DNA from: Ostrea edulis
Taxonomy: Eukaryota
Assembly (NCBI RefSeq): GCF_947568905.1
Contig: NC_079166.1
Location: 37,944,001 to 38,008,000, forward strand
Length of the DNA: 64,000 nt
Reading direction: 5' to 3'
A model generated the notes under the pieces. The model was not told the origin of the DNA. It worked only from the letters and a program-made list of their open reading frames with translations, and did not search any database. Positions 10,372 through 22,300 of the stretch are shown here, piece by piece; position 1 is the stretch's first letter; every line of letters begins with the position of its first letter. Both the position numbers and the translations under genes were made by a program.

Positions 10372-13300
10372 CTTTGAATTATATCTAACTTTTGAGATAT
10401 CAACATATCTATTTTAATATACTTTATGTTTCATTCTACTATGATCTTATTTTCCTTTCTACTTGTGGAGTAAACGATGAAGAAAAAGACAAATATTATT
10501 TGTGGATATACATTTTGAATTTCATGTTATTTTTTACATGCTTGTTTATTGAGATATTGAACATAATTACACCTGTTTTACATTACGAAATTACACACTA
10601 ATCAGTATTTGAAAGATAGCATGCGTGTTTTACAACATTTCAGACAATCATAAAACCCCACCACATGTGATGGCGATGTCGTTGTCATGACTAAAGTTAT
10701 GCAAGTCTGATTTCTGAAGACAGCCAATAACGTCCTCCTCAGAAATGATACAATCGACTTTTTTCAACCAAATTCTTCCATTGCCTTGTCCAAATAACGA
10801 TATATTGAGGATTGAACCAGAATTTCTAAATGAAAGAAAAACAAACTTCAAAACATTATTGATATTTTTTTTGCGCTCATAGAATATTTCAGTTAATGAA
10901 ATTTATATTTTGAGTTATGATAAAGAAGTCCCTTTAGTTCTTACAAGTCTACTATTAGTTCAGATTTCCAAAATTTCGGCTTGAGCATCACTGAAGAGAC
11001 ATTATTTATCGAAATGAGCATCTGGTGCATCGAAATTGGTACCATATAAGTTTTACATTTACATATAATGAGTTGTTATTTGCCATTTAGATTTTCCAAA
11101 GCAATAAAATAGTTCCTGACTGACAGAAAATTATAAATAATATACCTTCTGGCCTCAATGCCATAAACTGAGAATAGACTTTTAAAAGTTAAAATTTTAA
11201 TTACATTAAGTTTTATCTAGCATGGATGTTTAAAAACTGCAGGTTTATAAAACAAAGTACAAATGTACACGTATTCTAAAAATGTTATTTGTTGATAAAA
11301 ATTATTTCAAAAGTGAGTTGGGTTTGAAATTTAGACCTAAATCGATTCCCAGTTTATGGTCGTGAGGCCAGGTCTCTAAATCTTACACCATTCTCATAAT
11401 GCCTTTTATATCATGAAGTCATAATTTGCGCTAACATTCACAAACCTTTGAAACCGAGTGAGAGGTGGCAACTTTAGAAACTTTTGATTAAATTATCATT
11501 GCTTCCCCACCTCAAATCTGATTTGTATAATTGCATGTTTTAAAAAAAATGGATTACATGTACTGACAAGGCGGTATCACTATTGACTGTTAATATATGC
11601 TTGATCTGAACAACATCACAAAGTTCAAAAAGTTTAGAAGTTTCGTATTTGCTTGAATTGATTCAGTGATTTTTTTTTTTGCAAGTCTTAATAGAGTGTA
11701 ATCGTACAGAAAATTCTGCAAATTAAAAAGGACGAATTATTCCAATCATGCATCTGCTTATGTACTGACATATGTTTTATAAGTTGCTTACTCTGAATAT
11801 CCCAGACTGCTACAAATAACTGCAGTATCAATATCGTTCCAGTTCCTATTGTAGATCGTTCCCCATTCTCCTTCCATGTACACCTCTAACCGACCCGAAT
11901 CATTAAAAGAGCCTCCAGCAAGACGAATCGGGACACCTTTATCAAACATATATTTAGTACCTCAAATAATTCTTTGATTTCGTTTCATAAATGCAAGTTA
12001 TTTAACAGTAGTTACCAAATTCATATTCCACTAGACCCGAATACATAATCTTGATAAGAAACAATTCACGCACTATTGGTAGGATAAGTGGCACTAACAC
12101 ATAACTGTTTTTAGTAGAATGTTAACTTACAACTCACTCCTGCATCCTTGGAATGTTGACAGTTGTGAACACCGACACCCCTGTGCCTGCAGTTCAGGAT
12201 ATCGGTATCATTACCATGGCAATCTACATTGTCTAACCATATTTGTCCACTACCTTTTCCAAAATGTGACGCATGATGAGCTACTGGGGTTAATCTGTGG
12301 TGTCAAAGTCATAAAGAACATTTTGTAAGATACATGCAGATAAAGCATTTAATATGATATGTTATCAATTTTGAAGAAAAGAGTTATTTCATATACCTGC
12401 CATACCCCAGAGTACTACAAACAACTTTGGCGTCTTGATTGCTCCAGTCTGTGTCACAAATTGTTCCCCAGGTATTCCTCATAAAAACTTCAACACGACC
12501 CTCCATCAGATTTCTCCCACCAACCAGACGGATCGAAAGGCCTATTTAAAATATTTACATGGCGTATGATGATTTTAAACATAATTCATGCATTCCTAAA
12601 TTCATAACACTTACGTACATTAAAAGCTACCAAGTAAGACTGATTTAAATTTTTCATTTCTTAATACATGTACTGAATTTCATTAAGTAAGGACAATTCT
12701 TTTAAAATGTTTTTCAGTTCAGTATGAGACAAATTATCTTTTGCAATGGCGAATTGTGTTGTTTGCAATGATGATATCTGAATTACGTTGAAGTACATGA
12801 ACTTTCAAACATTGGACAATATCATACAATTAAAAATTACAGTTGACTCCTGCATCGTTGCTAATAAAAAAGTTTATCAAAGTATCTGGTATGAAATTAA
12901 ACATATCCAAAACAGAATGTCTTCTAACAGGTCTTTGGAATATATGTATATGAAAAAATCGAAAATGTGAATGTTAATAATGATTGCATAAAAAACTCTA
13001 TGTGTTTTATAGAACATAATGAAGAAATGTTTCACAATGAAAACTGGACAAAAGTCGTAACTTATTTAGAAAAGCTCTTTGAATCTTGGAGGGAAAAGAA
13101 GACAATTAACATTTCTTGATAAAGTGTGTGTAATTAACGGCCTTATAATATCAAAATTGATATATGTTGGATCAGTTTTAAAACTCTCCAAGTGAATGTA
13201 TGGTACAAAAATGCAAGATATCATACACAAGTTTGTTTGGAATAAGAGACAAAATAAAAAGAAACACACAAGATTGGAAAAATATGGACGGGGTATTGGT

Positions 13301-16300
13301 ATTAATGATGCCCTACTAAAATTAAAATTCATAAAAGTATCCAGGATAAAAAAAAAACATTCTATGTATATAGATCCTAGAAATCGATTTGTATGAAGCC
13401 TGTGTAAGGGAAAAAAAATTGAGATTGAATATCCATGTAAAACAAATATTACCGATATCAAAAATTATAGAATTATGGAAACGTACCCCCTTTTTACTAG
13501 GAATGTTTAAAAAAAAATAAAAAATAAAAAGAGGCTCAATTCATTATTAAATGAGCCTTTATAGTGCAAAAAAAGTATACAAAAAAGTCAATATATTTTG
13601 GAAGCTGGTTCAAAAGTGTGGATGTAAATGGTATGAAACCTATAGAATGGTTTGATGATCAACTTGTAAGTAAAAACAATTGGCTTTGTCAATATATGAT
13701 TTGAAAACAGTCTTTACAAAAACGATTTTAAGAACATACAAAATGAAAATATGTATGGGAATTATTTATATGAACAGATAAATAAACAACATGTTTAAGG
13801 GTGTGATATGTCCTGATATAGGGCTCACGGCGGGTGTGACCGGTCGACAGGAGATGCTTACTCCTCCTAGACACATGATCCCACCTCTGGTGTGTCCAGG
13901 GGTCCGAGTTTGCCCAACTATCTATTTTGTATTGCTTATAGGAGTTATGAGATTGATCACTGTTCGTTATCTTCACCTTTCATCCTCTAAATTGATTTAT
14001 AGTATTTTATGTTTTTACATCAAAATTACTATTAAAAAAATTGAAATTCTAAAAAAAAAAAGATTGGAAATCTATTTATGAACAAAATATTGTAGCAATC
14101 AATACCAGATAGATACTAGAATTTAATTAGAGACTGTTAAATAACCTTTTATGTAACAGAGAACTGCTGAAGTGGAAAATTATAAAAAAAATAATTTATG
14201 TCTTTATTGGAAATTCGTAAAAGGAAACAATGAAAACCTAACCTTGAATTGCAAAAATGTTACTCATATGTGGGATATTGTTCAAAAAGTGAATAATTTC
14301 CATCATGAAAAACAATAGTAATTGCTTTTTATCAATAAAAGAATGATAAAACCTTATTTTTGAATCTATTAATATCTATAATTGCTTGTAAAATATACCA
14401 ATACAAAATATATTGTAGAGTACAAAACAAACAAGAAAAATTAGAAGAAATGCATTATCACATAGAGAGTGTATTATGAAAGGTGAAGATAACGAACAGT
14501 GATCAATCTCATAACTTCAATAACCAATACAAAATAGAGAGTTGGACAAACACGGACCTCTAGATATACCAAAGATGGGCTGGATATACCAGAGGTAGGA
14601 TTGAGTGTCTAGGAGGAGTAGGTATCCCATGTCGACCGATCACACCTTCCATGAGCCATATATCCTGATCAGGTAAACGGAGTTATCAGTGTGCCAAGAA
14701 CGGCTTAACAATTGGTATGAAACAACATGACTGACAGCATTTGACCCAATGATAGGTTGTATTGACGAACTAGATCGTTATAACGACCATAGAATTTGCG
14801 AAATGCTGACTTCGATCGAGACTGTTGAAACCCCTGTACCATCAACTTGTTCGTCAGTAGCTTGCCTCAATTTAAAAACTGACTATACGCAGAACAAGCT
14901 CTTGCGTATCAAATTAGTTGAGAGATATAAACACCATATGCAGGTGATAATGGAATATTACTACATAAATATGGGAAGTTGACGATGGAGAAGCTTAAAT
15001 CATCTTATTTGTCATACAGTTGACTTGTTATTTTGGGGTTAATATCTACTTTCAATAAAATATCTAAGTATAAAGCAAAAGCGGGCGACTTTTATTTCGA
15101 GTTCACTGGGATATATGGAATCGACATATGAATGAAAATCATTATTGTTAATAGATGATAGGTCATCGATATATCTAAATGTCGAATTGAAGGCCACGGT
15201 AAGAGATTTTTTCTTCCCACGTAGAAGTTTTTGAATAAATTATGCTTCATAGGATTATAAAAATAGATCACCTAACAAAGAAGCACAATTCGTGCCCATT
15301 GGAATTCCAATAGACTGTTGGAAGACCTGATCACCAAAGACCACGAAGATACTGTCAGTGAAGAACTCCAGCATATCTTTTATTTCAACTTCAGAGTACT
15401 TGTGCGTGGAATCAGAGTGGCGTTTTTTGGATGACTGATCACTAGATAGGAATGTTTGCGTTTTCCATTTTTGTTGAAGAAGCAGCTGTCTATGATGTCA
15501 AAAAGTCTAGTCTTTAATTTATTGCGAGGAATGGTCGTGTAAAGAGTTGAAAAGTCATGTTTTGATGTTATTGATTTGAGAAAAGTTTTGAAATTTCAAG
15601 TTTACTAAAACATCTTTAGAATTTTTTAGAATCCACATTTGATTTACACCACCATTCGCACAGTACGTTTGAAGTTTCTCCTTAACAGCTTTTAATATTA
15701 TCTTTCTTTTCAAACGAAAGGTATATAAATACTACAACAACAAAAATGTGTAAATGTTTTAAAAAATATAAAAGAAAAATCTAAATCATGGACTCATTTT
15801 AGGATAAGAGAAGAATTTATTTCGGAGACAATAATAGACTATGCTGGTAAAGTGGTCTCACAGATAATTCAGAGTTCATGCATTTTCATGTATGTACTTT
15901 AGATAAAAAAGAAAAACAGAATTATTTCATAAACTCTTTGATATTTTGAAATGATTTTATCTATACATCTTTGAATTATTTGTGTATGTGTGTATGTCTT
16001 TCTGTAGTAGATGCATCGCATGAATATATATTTTTATAATTATTACATAAAATACTATAAGCAGAGGACCTGTCTTTCTGTAGTGCTACTATGGGGGTTG
16101 TGTATGAACTTTATTCTACTTGAAGCTTTTCCACCTTATGACAGCCTACAGAAATATATGTATATCTACTTTTTCTTCTTTATATATGTTTGTCCATTGA
16201 TACATAATATATATGTTGTCCATTAATACAACATTTTCTATGTTCCATATACTATGAATTAATATGTATGAGGAGAAAACATCTGAAAACTGATATGCCG

Positions 16301-19300
16301 ATACAAGATCATTGCATAACATGCTTCATACTCATCACATGTATGCAATTTTGTTCGAAATTTGTCATGTAATTTACAATAGGCATGATAGTGAGAATTT
16401 ATTTCTATGTGACAGATAATATGTTGAGTATAAAATGTATACTCTTTCATATTGGTATGTGCTGATAAAATATTGCCAAATCAAAACAAAAACGATCCTG
16501 CTGGGAAAAAAATTAAACATAATTCATACATTCAAAATCTACAATTTACTTAAGTTAAAGGTTACCAAGTAAAGGCGATTTAAAATTATTTTTCTATACT
16601 GAATTTTGTAAAGTAAGGGAAAATCTTTTGTTTCAGCATGAGACGAAATATCTTTTGCAATGGTTATTTATGTTCGTTATGTTTGCAATGGTCATTTCGG
16701 AATAACGTTGAAGTGCGTATACTTTCAAAAATCGGACAAACATAGAAATACATTATGTATATATTACAACTGACTCCAGCATCGTTGCTATGGCTACTGC
16801 TACTTTTGTTTACATCTCCATGACGACAGGCAAGCAAGTCCCTTTCTTTGCCTGTACATTGTACTTTATCAAGTAAAATGTCTCCGCTGCCCTCTCCAAA
16901 GTATGCAGAACGACGAGCCACGGCATTGTAGCTACAAAATAATTTGCAAGTTAAGCCCCAATCTCCCGAAAGAAACAAGAGGCCCACGGGCCTTAACGGT
17001 CACCTGAGTTTCATAGCCCATACAGGATTGCAGGTATGTATCAATATGGAGTCCTTTGAGCACATGTTTGATATGATCTTTCAAAATATGCACATAATTT
17101 CTATTCATTAAATCAATTTGAGATCCCCCTACACCCCCCCCCCCAAAAAAAAAACCCTGGACCCATGGATTTCACACTTTAAGAAGAGGACATTACAGAC
17201 ATCATTACCATGACTGACATTGCACAAATTCGATATATTTCACGGTATGCCCAGAACACTGGAGTATCGCATCAGAAACAGTTATTTTGCTTTGTGGAAA
17301 CAGTTACACCACACCAGAAACAATTGCAATGCTGTGCAAAATCAGCTATATCATTCATCGCGCTAATTAATTCTGCATATTAATTTGCTTGGGTTCAAAG
17401 TTTAAAACGCCGGTTACTACGCATATACAAACAGAGGAGCGAAATTGTAAAGTGTCAGAACAGTCTCTTCGACTCGTGCATTTTAAAAATTCTGAGGATT
17501 TGAATAATTTTATAGAGAAAAATTCAGCAAACACCAAAAGGTTATATAACTCAAATGTGGTCAATCAAAAAAATATGTGAAACTGGACGAAATATTTCAG
17601 ATTTATACTCCAACACAAAGGCGGAACTCCAGGGTATCCTCAAGCTATTTTATAGAGGATTGCGAAATTCAGACGGGAAATCGAAACTATATGAAAAGAA
17701 GTATGATTTCCATAAGGTATGACCTCCAGAAACATTTCTTGAAAAAGGGAAAAATCGACATCGTAAATGATTTAGATTTCAATGAAGCAAGCAGCGTATT
17801 TCTGGCATTGTTTAGAATGTTTTTTAAATGGAAAAGGCGCTGTGGTTCATAAAGAACATGCAACAAGACGAAATTTGCATAAAATGTACACTGTTCTCAA
17901 TTTAGAGACAGTCGAAGGACTCTAGAAGAAAGTTGGTGTATATTATATACTCTACTTCTGCAACAAGGGCCGCGAGAACCTTAGAGAGATGAAATTCAGA
18001 CTTCTCAAATGGCATTGATGATGAAGGCAGGTGATTTATATATAAGTCAAGAGACCATGCCACAAAGTAAAAGAAACGATGAAATCCAGAGGCAAGGTGG
18101 AAGGATGTACGAACTGAAAGTCCTTTTTGTTCTTATACATGTACTTCGTTTGTGTCCTACATTGATCAGCTTAATCAAGATATTGATACGTTTTGGCAGA
18201 CACCAAATAAAGAGAATGAACTAAAGTACGATAAATTAGCTGTCGTGAAAAACACTCTTGGGAGATAATATGAAGAATTTGTCAAAACAAACTGGATTTT
18301 CCAAGGTCTACGCCAATCACTGCTTGCGGGCAACATCTATAACGGAACTGGAGAGATCTGGATTTTAAGCGCGACATATGCCGATAACTGGATATCAGTC
18401 GGAGAGCGGTATTAAATGTTACTCTCCCTATGTGGATGATAAAAAGACGCTGAACATGGCAATGTCAATATCTAGGGCAACCACAGGAGAGTCCATTCTT
18501 GGCAATATGTGAACTTTAATACAATAGCGGCCATTTAATGAAATTTGTACAACAAGTTCTATATAGTATGTTATATTAAATACACTATTTATTTTATGAT
18601 AATTTTCTTTATAATTGTAAAGCCGAAAACAAATCTGCTGCTTCAAGTATCAACTCTTCCTCTTTTCTGTCGCTCCTGAATGAAGATGACGACGAGAATT
18701 TATCTTTTGAAGGTAAATGTTCCTAAAATTATCTAGTTTTTATATTTTGATATTCTATGTATGGTGATTTTATCCAAGGCTCTTTTTCACATATCCGGAT
18801 TTTCTGGAAATAACAAATTTACAGAAACAAATACTACTGGACGCTGTGTTGAATCGTGATGCAGGAAAAGCCGGCAGTGAACCATGGTGGAGCAGAAAGC
18901 ATGTTTGAGAAATTTCAGCCGGTCTCAATTAATTTTCAATGTCATCATCAGCAGGGTTAATGTACATTATCATTATTATTCACGTAGCAATGTAAACATT
19001 ACCATCAAAACTAACATTTTCACATTGGTAAAATTTTGCATTAAATTTCATCCATGTGCAACTGTGTGTCAATAGATGGTTTACTAAAAATCTTAATAAA
19101 ATAACCTCTTTGGTTTTGTTCTTTAAAAATGTTATATGATTATATTATATGACTTCGAGGGTGACTATACCAGAATATTTGCCCTTCGGTGACAGGAAAG
19201 TCCTGGAGTGTTATGTTGCCCTCTGCCTATTGCATCGGGCGACATATTAGACTAAAGCTTGGGACAAATATTCTATGTCGCCTTCGAAGATAAACGCGGA

Positions 19301-22300
19301 CGTTATATTGTTAACTAACCCGGAGTATCCCAAACTTTCACAAACTACTTGAGCCTCATTCTGATCCCAGTTAGTGTCAGAGACGGTACTCCATTGATTG
19401 TTTATGTACACTTCAACTCGTCCTTCTCTGCCAGAAGAACCTCCCATCAGACGTACAGGTACACCTGGTTCAATAGAATCTTGCTGCATCAAAATAGATA
19501 TTATGTCAGATGAACTAAAACTGTTTCTTAAAAAAGATACACTAAGAAAACTGGTATGTTTCCAATGTACGTATAAGCAAATGAAATTTCATAAGATTTG
19601 AGAAATGGATCAAAGACGAATAAGTAAATTACGCACGTAAGAGTCGATGCAAGGAAACGTTACATGTTCTGATTGGGTATATTCAGTTCTATAATACGTA
19701 AATAAGATAAAATTCAGATATGGTGGCTCCTAATTACATCTAACTCCTGCGTCCTCGCTGTGATGACAATCATTTGTTCCGACACCACTGTGACGACATT
19801 TCAGTATGTTGTTCTCTCCGCCCCCACACCTTACGTTGTCTAACCAAATACTCCCAGTACCTTGTCCAAATGTGGCTGAACTTCGAACTACACCTGTATA
19901 ACTATAAACGTTAATATATTATTAGAAATCTTCTACTAGTAGAAGACGAAAGTGAATTCAAAATTTGAAAATCTTTTCAAGTGTCAGAAATACATTGTGT
20001 AAAAGAAGGCGAAGATATTTAACTTCCCTCAATTTCACTCATTTAGCTACCATAGTGCTATGAGAAAAAGTATGTTTTCATACCCAGAGAATCCAAGATG
20101 GCGACAAACAACTTGGGCATCCTGGTTATCCCATTCATCGTCACAGATTGTGCCCCACTCGTTATTGATGAAGACCTCCACTCGACCCTCTGTTTTATCA
20201 TGTCCCCCCACCAAACGTATGGGTAAACCTGAAAATCATGACCGGTTTAACATATTCTTAAAGATATTGTGCGTTTTCCTCCTTACTTAAAAATTTAAAA
20301 TTAAATTTGTATTGCTAAACAGTATGCATACAATATTTACTCGACAGTCTATGTTTTATTTTCGTGGATTGGAGTGCAAGATTCAATAGGGTGCATTTTA
20401 TAACACACATCGAACATCACAATTCATTTATCAATATTTAAATTCACTGAATCTTTTCTCTTATATTTCTTTTAAAATTGACATTGCTTTCATCTACGAC
20501 AATGAATGCATGTTTGTTGCAAACTAGTTCGATCCGGTTGTTTTAGTACCACTTGTTTGTGTAATATTTTTTTTATTTATCTGATTACATTTCCACAAAT
20601 ATTTGTTCACTTACCTAAGTTTTGTATAAAAAAAGTGTTAGACCGGTGATCATTAAGTGGCAAGAATTATATAATAGAGCATTCGTTATTTTCATTCCTT
20701 ACAGTCAAAACATTTGACGTCACAATGCAATGAGCTGATGCTAACTCAACGCGGATTGAAAATATCTATCGCCGAATCGGGCGGGAACATTTTTCATTGC
20801 AGACTGTCTTCAAAACATAGGAATGAGATTACAATTTCTAAATAGCAATGAATTAAAATACGAGACCCGACTGGGCTCATTTTTTGAAAAAGTAAAAAAA
20901 AAAAAAAAAAAATCTGACTCGTTATAAGTATTTAATATTCGTTATAACGAGTTAGATATCTCGTAATAACGAGTTAGTATCTCGTTATAACAATTTGGTT
21001 ATCTTGTTAAAACGAGTTAATTATCTCGTAATAAAGAATTAGTATTTCATTATAACGAGCTAGTGTCTCGTTATAACGAGTTCATTATCTCGTTATACGA
21101 GTTAGTTATCTCGTTATAACGACTTAATTACCTCTATATAACGATTTAATTATCTCGTTATAACAAGTTAATCATCTCGTTATAACGAGTTGATTATCTC
21201 GTTATTATGAGTTAATTGTCTCATTTTAACGACTTTATATCTCGTTAAACCCAGTTGGTTATCTCGTTATAATAAGTTTTTTTTTATCTTGTTATAACGA
21301 GTTATTAATAATGTATCGTAATATTGAGTTAGTATCTCGTTATACCGAGTTAGTGTCTTGTTATAACGAGTTCATTATGTCGTTATAACGGGTTAGTTTT
21401 CTCGTTATAACGACTTGATTATCTCTTTTTAACGAGTTGATCATCTCGTTATAACGAATTAATCATTCCATTATAACGAGTTTATATCTCGTTAAAACCA
21501 GTTGGTTATCTTGTTATAACGAATTAGTATCTTGGTATAATGGGTTTGTATCTTGTTTTAACGAATTAATTATCTGGTCATAACGAGTTAATATCTCGTT
21601 TTAGCGAGTTAGTATCTGAGTAACTGCGGGATACAAGTAGGTCGGTCCTTATTTACGAAAGTGTATAGGCTATTTTGAATTGAAAAATAAAAATCTAAAT
21701 TGTTATAACGAGGTAGTATCTCCTTATAACGATTCAATTATCTCGTTGTAAAGAGTTAGTATTATTAATTACCCCACCGCTGACAAGTTAACTGGAAGAT
21801 CCTGAATAGTGATTAGCTCATTACGGTCACGTGAAGACGTGGGATATTCTATCCCACGTCACCGTCAAAATTTATACCAGGCTTCCTTGCGAGTTATCTA
21901 TCTTGTTGCATTTGTCAATAACAATGGCGGTCAAACGGTTTGCAAATTTAGCAGCAGACGAGATCGGAAAAAGAAGAAATTACTGATAATCACACTGGGT
22001 ATATTTACACTGATGTAAACATATAATGATATGATGTTTGTCTGTGCAAAAGTTTGTTTAAATACAGTCGTCTTTGAACAAGGAATATTTATGGTATGGT
22101 GTTGTCTGTAGTTCTGGTACGCAATAGCCTCATGCATATTATCATAATAGGTCATCGGTGGGGTAAATTCGTTACTTAGCCATCTAGTGACCTGGTACGG
22201 GATGACACCAGGTCACTAAGTATTATACCAGGCTCGGCTTTGCCTCGCCCGGTATAGAACTTAGAGACCCGGTATCATCCCGTACCAGGTCACTAGATGA

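Noticed and set aside
16065-16150. Possible remnant of an SRCR exon start (RSSAY) on the minus strand
   Set aside because: Only about 15 nt of similarity and out of frame with the candidate acceptors; cannot be told from chance by eye.
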